Below, in pieces: positions 26,004-41,010 of a DNA stretch of 64,000 nt. The notes beneath the pieces are model-generated. The model was given only the letters and a program-made list of their open reading frames with translations. It made no database searches and had not been told where the DNA came from. Source of the DNA: Felis catus (Eukaryota); NCBI RefSeq assembly GCF_018350175.1, contig NC_058368.1, positions 15,812,001 to 15,876,000 of the forward strand, read 5' to 3'. The first letter of the stretch is position 1; each line of letters begins with the position of its first letter. A program made the position numbers and the translations under genes.

Positions 26004-26289
26004 AAAAGTTCTTGATATTGCTACATGAATTCTTAATATTTCTTAAGAAAAAAAAAACACCTCACTAGTCACGTTGAGGAATGCTAGGACACCAATTCAT
26101 TATTCTGAAATTAGTAAATAAAGGTTAAAAAAGTAATTACCCTGCTTTCCTACACAAACTGAAATTCAGAGTAACCAAATTGCTGATGAAGAAAAACTAA
26201 TAGAAAACATCCAATGAATAAGTGAAGGAGGAATGATAGAGTTATCGCTGTTTTGAAACCCATAAGAAAATAATGCTTCTAGGAAATAA

Positions 26290-27335
26290 TAGGTCCAGTT
26301 CCACATATAAGGAGCTCAGAAGTTGATACTCCATCTTAATAATAAGCAAAAAGATGAACAAACTGAAAAATCAACAACTCTTCTTAGATCTGCAAGAGAA
26401 GTGAAGTCACAGGGCACACACTGCCCCCAAATTAGAAACTGACAGATGACTACAGATTCACAACTTATTGGAGCAGCAGCCTCTGTGAGAACCAGTGCTG
26501 GGTAGGGAAACTGAACTGCAATTGAATTGCTGGAGGTTCAGTGTCGACAACGTTGAGAGTTAAAATCTCCAGGGGGACCAGTCATGAGGCAGCCCCCACA
26601 CTTATAAGTTTATACCTCCAAGAATTCTACCAGGATCTCACAGTAAATATCAGAGAAAAATCTTATGATTCATGCAGGAGAAGAGGAAGAAGAACCATTA
26701 AAAAAAAAAACAAACAAAAACAAAAAACAAAAAACTGTATTCTTAGTAAGGTTTGTCCTCAGAAGAAACCAGTTAGTCAGATTAGGGGTTTTATCAGAGC
26801 CTAGATCACCTGGTGGAAAGGAAATACTCAACTCTAGCCATCCTGTCCCATATGTGGGAGGAATGGGGAGGAGGCAGAGAAGCACTTATGAGGTTCATAG
26901 TTCAGAAGCATAGGCTCACTGAAAGACTGAGGCCTACTCATGGGACTGTAGAATGCTTTCCTCCCTTAAGCCTCACCATTATATTACTAAAGGCCTATTT
27001 ACAGCAGTTCCTTTTACATAGTGCATCATGTCCAGCTATCAAGAAAAAATTACAAGACATTTTAAAAGGCAAAAAATATAGTTTGAAGAGACAGAGCAAG
27101 CATTAGAACCAGACATGGCATGGATTTTGGAATGATCAGACTGGGAATTTAAAACCGAGAGTAATTTGCTGAAGGCTTTAATGGATAAAGTAGACAGAAT
27201 GCAAGAAAAGATGGGCAGTGTGAGCATGGAGACGAAAGTCTTAACAGAACCAAAAATAAATGCTAGAGACCAAAAAATGTGTGAAAGAAAGGAAGAATGC
27301 CTTTGATGGGCCTAGTAGTAGACTGGGCTGGCAGA
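26290..27335 (+). mobile_element. Old L1M 5' UTR / ORF1-start remnant
   Basis: aaactgaaaaatcaacaactcttcttagatc...; ORF1-like aaagtagacagaatgcaagaaaagatgggcagtgtgagc...aagaatgcctttgatgggc. Confidence 0.65.
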
Positions 27336-27709
27336 GGAAATAACAACTCATGATTGCCAAATAACCATTAGGTAGAATGTTGAAAGAGAACTTTATAAAA
27401 AGTGGATCAGGCTGCCAACACTTGATCAATCTTAACAGTACCATAGTGAGATGATCAAATATTCTGTGCTTTGTCATATGACATGTTTCATATTGTTACT
27501 ATTTATGATATATTTTCACAAAATCAGAAATTGAATCTGAATCTAATGAAGCCTACAGGTCTACCAGTTTACTTGAAAAAAGAGGCACAGAGTAACATGT
27601 TAAGTAACACCATGATACTACAATCCACCCAGTACATGATGTGGTAACCACTGCAGGAAAACGGACTGTGAACTTGCCATGTTGATATTAAGGAATTACT
27701 GTTAACTGA

Positions 27710-27965
27710 TATAGGCTGAATTTTGTGCCTCCCCTCTCCCCATTCATATGCTGAAGCTCTAATCCCTAGTACCTCAGAATGTGACTACAGTTGGGAATAG
27801 AGCCTTTAAAGAGGTGATTAAGTTAAATGAGGCTGTTAAGGTGGGTCCTAATCCAATATGACTCATACCCTTGTAAAAAGAGGTGGGGACACATAAAGAG
27901 ACACCAGGGATGTGAACACATAAATCTGTGGTATTTTATAATGGCAGACCAGCAAATGAGTACAA
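27710..27965. mobile_element. MLT1-type MaLR LTR fragment
   Basis: ggctgaattttgtgcc...cctcagaatgtgactacagttgggaatagagcctttaaagaggtgattaagtta. Confidence 0.8.
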
Positions 27966-29035
27966 TAACATTAGGTGGAACAGTGAATTTTTGGTTATAA
28001 GAATAACAGAAATGAACCTTATCTATTAGAGATACAAAATACAGTGTTTACAGGTGAAATTATGAATTTTGTAATATGGTTTAAAATACTTAAAAAATAC
28101 ATGGTAGATGAAATAAGAATGGTAAGCTATTGGTAATTACTGAAACTGAGTAAGAGGTATTAGTAATGCATTTTATCTCCACTTTTGTATATGTTTGAAA
28201 ATGTCCAAAATAAATAAACGTATGCACATGCAACCACAGACACATACATGCCATATGCCAATATATGCTATATGAAATATAGTTTTACTCAGAATTCTGG
28301 TTCAAACTCATCTAGTCTCATGGATTTGGCTATTGCCCATGTGCTAAAGACTCTCAAGTCCTCAGTTTTATCCATTTCTGGTAACTCAACATTTTTACTT
28401 GCTGTGCCAGAGGCCTTTCACATGTAAAATGTCCAAAATTAATTCACATCTTTTCCTTCAGATTTTCTATGTTTGTCTGCTGGTGATCATCAGCTTTCCA
28501 CAGATAAGAGTCTGGCTTAGAGATCTCCTCTCTTAGGCCCCACATCTCACCAGTCCTCAAGTTTCTGGTGTCCTATTTCTGAATGCCTGTCAGGTCTGGC
28601 CTCTCCTCTCTGATGTCAATTCCATGGTTCTCACTCTGGTTTACTGTATTCACACCTGGATAGCTGTAGGTCCCTCTTACCTGCAGTCCCTGCTTCCTTT
28701 CTTATCCTGGGTCTCCCACTCAGTTTTGTTCAGATTGTTGCTAAAGTCATCTTTTTTTGTCATAACTTTTTAAAGAAAGTTGGACAGATAATACATGAAC
28801 ATAAAGCAGTACAAAAATATATAACAATAAAAAAGTGAGTCTATTATTGTGGCACAGTTTATGATAGCACAGATCTAGAAGGAACCAAATTTTCATCAAA
28901 AGGTAACCTGAGTAAACCAGGATAGGGCCCCATAGTACACTAATCTGAGGCCCTAAAAAGGAATGAAAAATATATTTCTTTATAGCATGTATTGTTATGT
29001 GAAGAAAGCCCCACACCTACAATGACACCTGATTC

Positions 29036-29302
29036 CTTTTATTTTTATTTTTTAAATAAATAATAAACAAATAAATAAATAAATAAATAAATAATATTTA
29101 TTTATTTATTTTGAGAGAAAGAGAGGGAGAATGCATGTGTGCAAGCGTGGGAGGGGCAGAGAGAGAGGGAGAGACAGAATCCCAAGCAGGCTCTGCACTG
29201 TCAATGCAGAGCCTGACATGGGGCTCGTCCCGTGAACAGTGAGATCATGACCTAAGCCAAAATCAAGAGTTAGATGCTTAACCAACAGCCACCCAGGTGC
29301 CC
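29036..29302 (-). mobile_element. CanSINE with expanded (TAAA)n/(TTTA)n tail
   Basis: TSD acacctgattcctttt. Confidence 0.9.
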
Positions 29303-30740
29303 TTCACACCTGATTCCTTTTAGTGGGGAAGGAGAGCACAACTTGGCACTAATAGTGTTCTTGGCTTTCAGATTAGTCATTGTTTCGAGGTATTTCAGTG
29401 GACAGTGGTAGGAAATAAATATAAGTGTAAATAAAAATAAAAAGTAAATATATTGACATACATCATGAACTTGTGTGGACATTTTAATTTAAATTCAGTA
29501 TTTTGGGTTTTTATTTAACCTCTTTATCTTAAGTGTATATAGGCTTTCTCCCACAGTGAAAATGCTCATCCCCAAGTGCACCAAAATAATGACCATTGCT
29601 TTGTCCTATGTAACATTTGCAACTGTTTCAGAATAATAACACCAAGACTACCATCAACAATACGATTACTGTAACATTTAAAAATTTTTTAAAGATGTTT
29701 TTGTAGAGTATATACTATTAGAAATACACCTATAAATTGTGTTTTTTTTAGAGACGTTTGAAATGTCTTTCAGTATGGTTTTGCTTTTTTTTTTAGGAAT
29801 TGATTTTTTTAATAATTTACTTTCATAAAAATGTGAAATAAATATGTGGTTACATATCAAATCTACAAATTAGGTTAAACTCAGAAATTCTAGCTTCTAT
29901 TCCGGTTCCCTCATCCTGTTCCTCTTTCCCTATATTGGTAACAAAACTATATTAGTTTTTTTTTTTTGGTTTATTGTATTTAATATAGTTACTATATACA
30001 TGTATATTAAATATGCATGTATTTATTGTATATTATATATGTATATATATGTATGTATATATATGTGTCTTTTGTTACTAATACTAATGGAAACTGGTAA
30101 ATAAAGAGAGTCTTAAAGCATTTTATTCTGTTTTTGTAATTTTCTGTGCCTTAAGGGATTCAATTAATTTATGAAAAGTTTCTTTTTAAAAAATAAAAGC
30201 TAATAGAACTTCCAGGGAGGATGGCAGAGTAGGAGGACTCTAAGCTCACCTCCTCCCACAAGTACACCCAGATAACACCCACATCAGTGAAAAAAGCTCA
30301 GAAACCCAAAGACTGGCAGAACAGACTCCACAGAGCTAAACACAGAGAAAGGCCACATAAAAAATGCTAGGAAAATTCTGAGAAAATAACTCAGAAACCC
30401 AGACTGGCAGAACAGACTCTACACAGCTAAACACAGAGAAGAGCCAAATAAAAAATGCTAGGAAGGGCAGAGATGCAGTTAGGAACAAAACTGACTTGCC
30501 CAATGACCCACAGTGGGGGAGGGAGAAGACCAGACTCCACACCAGGCACTCCAGGCTTGGGGGACTTGCACTGGGAAGATGAATCCCTATAACATTTGGC
30601 TTTGAAAACCAGAGGGGATTAATATCACCAGTTTTTGTAATCAGTGGGGCTTAACAGTGCTTAAAAAGCAGTGACTCAGCTCTGGGAGAGGGGAGGGTGA
30701 TAGGAAACTGAGTCTCTACCTTTAAAGAGGCAGCATAGCA

Positions 30741-33700
30741 GAACACAAAAATCTGCATAACTTGAGCCACAGAACTCGGCCGGTATGTGGTGCAGAGAGG
30801 TGAACTGGGAGAGAGAAGTCACAGAGGGTAGGGATCTGTTTTTGTGGAGAGGGAAAGAGGAAGGGGGGGACAGGAGTGCAGCAGGTCCAAGGGTTTTGTG
30901 GGCCACATGAGGAGAAGCGGTTCCGCTTCTTGGAGGGCATTTGGTAGAGGCCATACGGTCTCCCACAGGCAAAGGCCCCAGGGGACCCCGGAGAACAGCC
31001 ACATTTGTTGGTATTGGAACAAAGTTTCCAGAGTGTGGTGAAATCTAGTGCCAGCTGTATATTGGGATTTGCCATAATCTCTGAACCTCTGCTGCAGGGA
31101 AATTGCATAAATGTTCCCTGGGGCAAGCTGGTACCAGGCCATTGCTCAGCAAGACCCTCCCCCAGAGGGTCAGAGTGGGTCCACACCACTGGGTTCTCAG
31201 AAGTGAGGGGTTTGGAAACATAGCCCCAATTTTGATAAAATTTGGGAGGGAGGTGCTGCCTGGCAGGCTGACAGCTGGGACCTGGACAGTGTAGAAACAG
31301 GGAGTGGACAGAAGCCTGAGACAAAGGAGGGGTACTTGATTGTGGGTCAATGAAAGTGCAGAGTTCCTGTGCCAGAAACTAGGAAGCTGGGTGATGCCAT
31401 TTTCACCTCTCTCATGCATGCACATACACCTGCATGGGCATGCGTACCACACCTGTCCACCCCAGTAAGCTAAGCAGCATCACCTAGTGAAGAAAAGAGT
31501 CGTTACACCCCACCCCACCCAACTGCACCCTCCAAGCACAATCCCTTATAGACCAGCACAAGTCCCTCTACCAGCTTAGTGTATGGACTATAGAGTACTT
31601 CATAGTTTGAGCTCTAGGGGAAATTGGATGTAACTTCATTTGGGTTTCATTCTGTTTGCTGTTCATCTATTCTTTTTTTTTTTTTTTTTTTTTGCTTTAA
31701 ATTTTTTTCTTTTTGTTTTTTTTCTTTTTCTTGGATACAGAAAGAGAATATTTTAATTTTTATTTTCCTTTTTAAAATTCTTTTTACTATGTTTTTATTT
31801 TTTTTGTAAAGTCTTTTATTCTATTTCACTTTATTCTATTTTATTGTATACTTTAATTTTTAAATTTTTTCTCTTTCTTTTTTTCTCTTCCTTCCCTTTT
31901 TTCTCTATTCTATCAAGCTTCTTTCAACGACCAGACCAAACACGCTAAGATCGAGATTCCTTTATTTGATTTTTTGTGTTGTTCTTAATTTTTTTTTTAT
32001 TTTTTATTTTTTATTCTTTATTTTATTAGTTCTTTTTTCCCTCTGAAATGACAAAACAAAGGAATTCACCCCAAAAGAAAGAACAGGAAGAAATGACAGC
32101 CAGGGGCTTACTCAACACAGATATAAGCAAGATGTCTGAACTAGAATTTAGAACCACGATAATAAGAATACTAACTGGGGTTGAAAAAACCATAGAATCC
32201 CTTTCTCTGGAGATGAATGAAGTAAAATCTAGCTAGGACAAAATTAAAAATGCTATAACCGAGATGCAATCTCGAATGGCTGCCATGGCAGCAAGGATGG
32301 ATGAAGCAGAGCAGTGAATCAGCGATATAGAAGACAAAAATTATGGAGAACAATGAAGCAGAAAAAAAGAGGGGAAACTAAAGCAAACGAGCATGCTACA
32401 AGAATTAGAGAACTCAATGCCTTACTACATCTGAATCATAGGAATCCCAGAAGATGAAGAAAGTGAAAAGGGGGTAGAAATTTTATGTGAGCAAATTATA
32501 CTGGAAAACGTTGCTAATTGGGGAAAGACACAGACATCAAAATCCAGGAAGCACGGAGAAATCCCATTATATTAAAAACAAACAAAAGAAGACCACCAAC
32601 AAAGCATATCATAGTCAACTTCACAAAATATACAGACAAGGAAAGAATTATGAAAGCAGAAAGGGAAAAAAAGTCTTCCTATAGGTTAAGTCTTCCTTAA
32701 CCTGTAAGGAAGAGAGATCAGGTTTGCAGCAGACCTATCCCCAGAAACTTGACAGGCCAGAAAGGAGTGGCAGGATATATTCAATGTGCTGAATCAAAAC
32801 AAATATGCAGCCAAGAAGTCTTTATCCAGCAAGGCTGTCATTCAAAATAGAAGGAGAGATAATGAGTTTCCCAGACAAATGAAAACTAAAGGAGTATGTG
32901 ACCACTAAACTAGCCCTGCAAGAAATTTTAAGGGAGCCTCTCTGAGGAGAGAAAAGATGAAACAAAACAAAAAAGACCAAAAGCAACAAAGACAGGACCA
33001 GAGAACACCACCAGAAACTCCAACTCTACAGGCAACACGATGGCAATAGATTCATATATTTCAGTACTCACTCTAAATGTCAATGGTCTAACTGCTCCAA
33101 TCAAAATACACAGGGTAACAGAATGAATAAGAAACAAGATGCATCTGTGTGCTGTTTACAAGAGACATTTAAGACCTAAAGACACCTTCAGATTGAAAGC
33201 AAGGGATGGACAACCATCTATTATGCTATTGGTTGCCAAAAGAAAGCTGGAGTAGCCATACTTATATCAGACAACCTAGATTTTAAAATAAAGACTGTAA
33301 CAAAGGATGAATAAGGGCATTATATCATAATTAAGGTGTCTCTCCACCAACAGGAGCTAACAATTGTAAACACTTATGCCCCCAGTTTGAAAGCACCCAA
33401 ATATATAAATCAGTTAATCACAAACATAAAGAAACTCATTGACAATAATACCATAATAGTAGGGAACTTCAACATTTCCTATACAGCAATGGACAGATCA
33501 TCTTAGCAGAAAATCAACAAGGAAACAATGGCTTTGAATGACACACTGGACTGGATGGACTTCACAGGTATATTCAGAACATTTTATCCTAAAACAGCAG
33601 AATATACATTATTCTCGAGTACAGATGGAAAATTCTCCAGAATAGATCACATACTGGGACACAAATCAGCCCTCAACAAGTACAAAAAGATCGAGACCAT

Positions 33701-36700
33701 ACCATGCATATTTTCAGACCACAATGCTATGGAACTTGAAATCAACCACAAGAAAAAATTTGTAAAGACCATGAATACTTGGAGATTAAAGAACATCCTA
33801 CTATAGAATGAATGGGTTAACCAAGAAATTAAAGAGGAAATTAAAAAGCCACAAAAATGATAATAGCCTAAAATCTGTGGAATGCAGCAAAGGCACTCAT
33901 AAGAGGGAAGTATATTGCAGTCCAGGCCTTCCTGAAGAAGGAAGGAAGGCCCCAGATACACAACCTAACCTTACACCTTAAAGAGCTGGAAAAAGAAGAG
34001 CAAATAAAGCCCCAAACAAGCATAAGACAGGAAATAATAAAGATTAGAGCAGAAATCAATGATATTGCAATTTAAAACAACAACAACAACAACACAGTAG
34101 AGCAGATCAATGAAACCAGGAGCTGGTTCTTTGACAGAATTAACAAAATTGATAACCCCCTAGCCAAACTGATCAAAAAGAAAAAGGGAAAGGACCCAAA
34201 TAAATAAAATCATGAATGAAAGAGGTCACAACCAACACTGTAGAAATACAAACAATAATAGGAGAGTGTATGAGAAATTATATGCCAATAAATTGGGCAA
34301 TCTGGAAGAAATGGACAAATTCCTAGAAATGTATAAGGTACGAAACCTGAAACAGGAAGAAATAGAAAACTTGAACAGACCCATAACCAGTAAAGAAATT
34401 GAATTAATAATAAAGAATCTCCCCCAAAACAAGAATCCAGGCCTGAATGGTTTTCCAGGGGAATGCTACCAAATATTTAAAGAGATAACACTTATTCTTT
34501 TGAAGCAGTTCCAAAAAATAGAAATGAAAGGAAAGCTTCCATACACATTCTACAAGGCCAGCATTACCTTGATTCCAAAACCACCTCACTAAAAAGAATT
34601 ACAGACCAATTTCCCTGATGAACATGGATGCAAAATCCTCAACAAGATACTAGTCAACTGGATCCAACAATACATTAAAATAATTATTCATCATGATCAA
34701 GTGGGATTTATACCTGGGATGCAGGGCTGGTTCAATATGCACAAATCAATCAATGTGATGCATCATATTAATAAAAGAAAGAATAATAACCATGTGATCC
34801 TCTCAATAGATGCAGAGAAAGCATTTGACAAAATACAACATCCTTTCTTGATAAAAACCCTCAATAAAGTAGGGATAGAAAGATCATACCTCAAGATCAT
34901 AAAAGCTATATACAAAAGACCCACCACTGATAATCATCCTCAATAGGGAAAAACTGACAGCTTTCCCCCTAAGGTCAGGAATATGACAAGGATGTCCATT
35001 CTCACCACTGTTATTTAACATAGTGTTGGAAGTCCTAGCCTCAACAGTCAGGCAACACAAAGAAGTAAAAGGCAGCCAAATTGGCAAGGAGGAAGTCAAA
35101 TTTTCACTATTTGCAGATGACATAATACTCTATGTAGAAACCCCAAAATATTCCACCAAAAAACTGCTAGAACGGATTCATGAATTCAGCAAAGTCTTAG
35201 GATATAAAATCAATGCCCGGAAATCAGTTGCATTTCTATACACTAATAATGAAGCATCAGAAAGAGAAATCAAGGAATCAATCTCATATACAATTGCACC
35301 AAAAAACCATAAAATACCGAGGAATAAACCTAACCAAAGAGAACTGAAAACTATACACTGAAAACTATAGAAAGCTTATGAAAGAAATTAAAGACACAAA
35401 AAAATGGAAAACCATTCCATGGTCATGGGTTGGAAGAATAAATATTGTTAAAACATTGATAACTACCCAAAGCAATGTAAACATTCAATGCAATCCCTAT
35501 CAAAATAACACCAGCATTCTTCACAGAGCTAGAACAAACAACCCTAAAATTTGTATGGAACCAGAAAAGATCCTGAATAGCCAAAGGAATCCTGAAAAAG
35601 AAAACCAAGGCTGTAGGCATCACAATTCCGGACTTCAAGATGTATTACAAAGCTGTAATCATCAAGATAGTATGTCACAAAAACAGACACAGATCAATGG
35701 AACAGAATAGAGAACACAGAAATGGACCCACAAACATATGGCCAACTCATCTTTGACAAAGCACAAAAAAATATCTAATAGAATCAAGACAAATGGTGTT
35801 GGGAAAAATGGACAGCAACATGCAAAAGAATGGACCTGGACACTGTCTTACACCATACACAAAAGTAGACTCAAAGTGGTTAAAAGACCTAAAATTGAGA
35901 CAGGAAGCCATCAAAATCCTAGAGGAGAAAGCAGGCAAAGACTTCTTTGACCTCGGCCACAGCAACATCTTCCTCAACATGTCTCTGGAGGCAAGGGAAA
36001 CAAAAGCAAAAATGATCTATTGGGATCTGATCAAGATAAAAAGCTTCTGCATGGCAAAGGAAGCAATCAGCAAAACTAAAAGGCAACCAGTGGAATGGGG
36101 AAGATATTTGCAAATGACATATCAGATAAAGGGTTAGTGTCCAAAATCTATAAAGAACTTACCAAACTCAACACGAAATAAATAAAAAATCCATTAAAGA
36201 AATGGGCAAAAGACATGAATAGACACTTTTCCAAAGAAGACATCCAGATGGCTAACAGACACATGAAAAAATGGTCAACATCACTCATCATCAGGGAAAT
36301 ACACATCAAAACCACAATGAGATACCACTTCACACCTGTCAGAATGGCTAATATTAACAACTCAGGCAACAATAGATGTTGGCAAGGAGGTGAAGGAAGA
36401 GGAACCCTCTTGTACTGCTGTTGGGAATGCAAACTGGTGCAGCCACTCTGGAAAACAGTATGGAGGTTCCTCAAAAAATGAAAAACAGAACTACCCTACA
36501 ATCCAGGAATTGCACTACTATGTATTTATACAAAGGTTACAGGTGTTCTGTTTCGAAGAGACACATGTACCCTGATGTTTATAGCAGCATTATTGACGAT
36601 AGCCAAAGTATGCAAAGAGCCCAAATGTTCATCGACTGATGAATGGATAAAGAAGGTGTGGTGTATATATACAATAGAATATTACTTGGCAATCAAAAAG

Positions 36701-37089
36701 AATGAAATCTTGCCATTTACAACAATGTGGATGGAACTATAGTGTATTATGGTAAGCCAAAGTAGTCAGAGAAAGACAAATATCACATGATTTCACTCGT
36801 ATATGGAATTTAAGATTAAAAAACAGATGAACATAAGGAAAGGAAGCAAAAACAATATAAAAACAGGGAGGGGGACAAACATAAGAGACTCTTAAATACA
36901 GAGAACAAACTGAGGGTTGCTGGAGGGGTTTTCATTGGGGGAATGGGCTAAATGGGCAAGGGGTGTTAAGGAGAACATCATTGGGATGAGCACTGGGTGT
37001 TATATATAGGTGATGAATCACTGGATTCTGCTCCTGAAATCATTATTGCACTATGCTAACTAACTTGGATGTAAATTAAAAAAAAAAAA
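30741..37089 (+). mobile_element. Near-full-length carnivore/feline LINE-1 (inner element): 5' UTR, ORF1 from 32048, ORF2 from 33040, 3' UTR, poly(A); inactivated
   Basis: ORF1 MTKQRNSPQKKEQ... stops at 32234-32236. Endonuclease (SRIDHILGH, SDHN) and RT (LFADDII) remnants are broken by stops and frameshifts. Poly(A) at ~37078-37089. Confidence 0.92.
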
Positions 37090-39289
37090 GCAGTATAACA
37101 AATAGCCCCACTGAGATATAGCATGGAAGCTGCAGTTTGAAAAAGTCGTGGGGTATAGGGGAAGGTTTATTTACTAATCTTAGGAAATGTGCTGGAGGGG
37201 CAGGGATCATTAGGAGACTTCTTCAAGGATAAAAGATCTGACAGCCACCATTTCCCTCCCCTGCCCCCAGCTTTCATATATCTGTGGGAACCAGTGCTAA
37301 CACTTTTCTACCTAGCTTGCTAACCACATGCCCTGCCCCTGCCCTCTCTTTCAGACCTGCCCCCTCCAACCTGGCCTCTGCAGGAGTTTTCCAAAGCTGC
37401 TCCAGGTCTCCTCCCACAGCAGAGTTGTGCTAATACCTGTGCCACACCCTCATATTTTCCTATGGGCCCACCCCATCTAGCACACCCTTGGCAAGAGTCT
37501 GTGGAAGGCCACTCCTGCCCTGGAGAGGGGGTAAGAGAACCAGTTTGACTGTGGCCCCAGCAGTTGGCTAGGGGACAGACATCTGGTCTGACTGCAGACC
37601 CCTCCCATGAATAAAGGTTCTGAGGACAAACAGGATGAGTGTTCTTCAGTTAGGTGTGACTGGAGCTCTGGTAGATGCTTAGTCTGACACAAATAAAGCC
37701 CAAGGCAACCCCATATTGGCCCATTAATAACACAGAGACCAAACCCTACCTATATCAGGTGAAAGAACCATTGCAGATGACTGGACTGAAGGCAAATGTG
37801 CCTTAGCTACAATGGTAGGGTGCACACAACATACATAGGAGAGAGACATCCCTGAAGTGCTAGGGACATTGTTACTGCAGGGCAGTGTAGGAGCTTTTCT
37901 TCATAAAGCCACTGCTTTCAAATGCAGGAGACATACTTGACTTTCTTAGCACATAGAAGCATATCCAGATAGGTAGACAAAATGAGGAGACAGAGGCAGA
38001 GGACTATGTCCCAAATGAGAGAAAAGAACAAAATCACAAGAGAGCTAAATGAAACAGAAATGAGTGACATGAATGATTGAGAATTTAAAGTAATGGTCAT
38101 AAAGATATTCACTGGACTTGAGAAAAGAGTAGAAGACATCAGTGAGACCCTCAACAAAGAGGTAGAAAACATAAAAAAGAACCAGAGATAAAAAAAACTT
38201 AATAATTGAAATTAAAAACATACCAGAGGGAATAAGTAAGAGACTAGAGGAAGTGTAAGAATGTATCAGTGACCTGGAGGGCAGAGTAATGAAAAAATAA
38301 TGCTGAAAAAGAAAGAAAAAAGAATAATAAAACCTGAGAAGTGATTAAGGGAACACAGTGACCACAAGTGTTAACATTTGAATTCTAGGGATCCCATTAG
38401 AAGAAGATAGAGAAAAGGGGGAAGAAAATTGATTTGAAGAAATAGGAGCTGAAAACTTTCCTAACTTGGAGATGGAAACAGAAATCCAGATCCAGGAGGC
38501 AGAGAGCCCCCAACAAATTCAGTCCAAGGAGGTCCACACCAAGACACATAGTAATTAAAGTGGCAGAAAATAATGATAAAAAGAGAACTCTAAAAGCAGC
38601 AAGAGAAAGTAAAACAATTACATACAGAGGAAACCTCATAAAACTATCAGAAGAAACTTTGCAGGCCAGAAGGGATTGACATGATATATTCAAAATGCTG
38701 AGAGGAAAGAATCTGCAGCCAAGAATATTCTATCCAGCAAGGCTATCACTTAGAATAGAAGAAGGCACAAAGACTTTCCCAGACAAAAATTAAAGGAATT
38801 CATCACCAAGCCCACCCTATAAGAAATATTAAAGGGGATTCTTTGAATGGAAAGAAAAGACCTTAAGTAAGAGTAAGAAAGTAGGAGGCACAAAAACAGC
38901 AAAATTAAGCATATCTATAAAAATCAGACAAAGGGTTCACAAAAGAGAAGAAAGTAAGGCATGGCACCATGCCTGAGTGATGGGGAGAAGAGTAAATATT
39001 TAGTGCTTTTAGAATGGGCTCAAACTTATGTAGCCATCAAATTAATAGAGACTGCTATATGCATACAATGTTATATGTAAACCTAATGGTAATCTCAAAT
39101 CAAAAACTGGTAATAGATGTCAAAAAGAAAGAGAAAGAGAGAGAAGTAATCCAAGTATATCACTAAAGAAAGCCGGCAAATCACGACAGAAGGGAGCAAG
39201 AGAAGAAAGGAACAGAAAAGAACTACAAAAACAACTCTAAAACAGCAAAATGGCAATAAGTGTATACCTATCAATAATCTTTGAATGTA

Positions 39290-39454
39290 GGGGTGCCTGG
39301 GTAGCTCAGTCAGTTAAGCATCCGACTTTGGCTCCAGTCATGATCTTGCAGTTTATGGGCTCGAGCCCTGTATCAGGCTCTGTGCTGACAGCTCAGAGCC
39401 AGGAGCCTGCTTCAGACTCTGTGTCTCCCTCTCTCTCTGCCCCTCTCCCACTCA

Positions 39455-39511
<57 letters not shown>

Positions 39512-39530
39512 CCTCAAAAATAAACATTAA
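39290..39530 (+). mobile_element. CanSINE in the start of outer-L1 ORF2
   Basis: Flanked by the degenerate TSD ctttgaat(g/a)ta; long (CT)n. Confidence 0.9.
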
Positions 39531-40633
39531 AATAACTACTTTGAATATAAATGGACTAAACACTGCAATCAAAAGACATAGGGTGATGGGAAGGATAAAA
39601 AAGTGAGACCCATTTATATGCTGCCTTACAAGAGACCCATTTCAGACCTAAAGACATATGCAGATTAAAAGTGAAGCGATGGAAAACATTTTTCATGCAA
39701 ATGTAAGTGAAAATAAATCCAGGATAGCAATATTTGTAAACAGCCTTTAAAACATAGACTTTAACAAGAGACAAATAAGGACATTACATAATCATAAAGG
39801 GAAAAATCCAGTAAGAAAATAATAACAATTGTGAATATTTGTGCACCCAACATGGAAGCACCCAAATACATAAAGCAACTTAATAGTTGGAAGTTGGAAT
39901 AAAGGAAGTAATTGATAGTAATGCAATAATGGTAGAGGACTTTAACATTCCACTTACATCAATGGATAGGTCATGCAAACAAAATCAACAAGGGATCAGT
40001 GGCTATAAATGACACATTGGACCTGATGAGTTTAACAGATATATTTAGAATATTCCATCCTGAAACAGCAGAACACGTATTCTTTTCAAGCACACATGGA
40101 ACATTCTCCAGAATAGATCCCATGTTAGGCCACAAAACAAGCCACAACAAATTCAAAAAGTTCTATTATGTATCTTTTCCAACCACAACACTTGAAACTA
40201 GAAATCAACCTCAAGAAAAAAGTGGAGAAAACACCAATACATGGAGGTTACATTACTGCTATTCAACAATGAATGGGTCAACCAAGAAATCAAAGAAGTA
40301 AAAAATTACATGGAAACAAGTGAAAATAAAAACACATTGATCTAAAATCTTTAGGGTATAGCAAAATGGTTCAAAGAGAGAAATTTGTAGCAATACAGGT
40401 CTACCTCAAGAAGCAGGAAAAATCTCAAATAAACAACCTAACCTTACACCTAAATGAACTAGGAAACGAACAACAAATAAAACCACAAACCAGCAGAAGG
40501 AAGGAAATGATAAAGATTAGAGCAGAAATAAATGATACAGAAAGTAAAACAATAACAACAAAACAAACAAAACAAAAAATCAGTAGAACAGATAAATTAA
40601 ACCAGGAACTGATTTTTTTAAAAGATCAACACA

Positions 40634-40853
40634 GGGGCGCCTGGGTGGCGCAGTCGGTTAAGCTTCCGACTTCAGCCAGGTCACGATCTCGCCGTCCGTG
40701 AGTTCGAGCCCCGCGTCGGGCTCTGGGCTGATGGCTCAGAGCCTGGAGCCTGTTTCCGATTCTGTGTCTCCCTCTCTCTCTACCCCTCCCCCGTTCATGC
40801 TCTGTCTCTCTCTGTCCCCAAAATAAATAAATGTTGAAAAAAAAATTAAAAAA
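40634..40853 (+). mobile_element. Young feline CanSINE
   Basis: TSD aaaagatcaacaca; CpGs intact. Confidence 0.95.
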
Positions 40854-40949
40854 AAAAGATCAACACAATTGATAAACCTCTAGCCAGACTCATTAAAAAA
40901 AACGAAAACAAAAACAGAGAGAGAGAGAAAGAGAACCCAAATAAAATCA

Positions 40950-40976
40950 CAGATGAGATCAAGGTGGTATGGCCAT

Positions 40977-40978
<2 letters not shown>
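40950..40978 (-). pseudogene. 5S rRNA 5'-end fragment (internally deleted)
   Basis: Reverse complement ctatggccataccaccttga-tctcatctg aligns to mammalian 5S CTACGGCCATACCACCCTGA[ACGCGCCCGA]TCTCGTCTG, 26/29 identical with a 10-nt gap. Confidence 0.7.

Positions 40979-41010
<32 letters not shown>

Noticed and set aside
30676..31452. Antisense ORFs (108-200 aa) in the inner L1 5' UTR, as possible ORF0 analogues
   Set aside because: Several overlapping frames in GC-richer UTR sequence of a decayed copy; no motif or splice support visible.
30741..37089. Retrotransposition-competent L1
   Set aside because: ORF1 and ORF2 both carry multiple stops and frameshifts.
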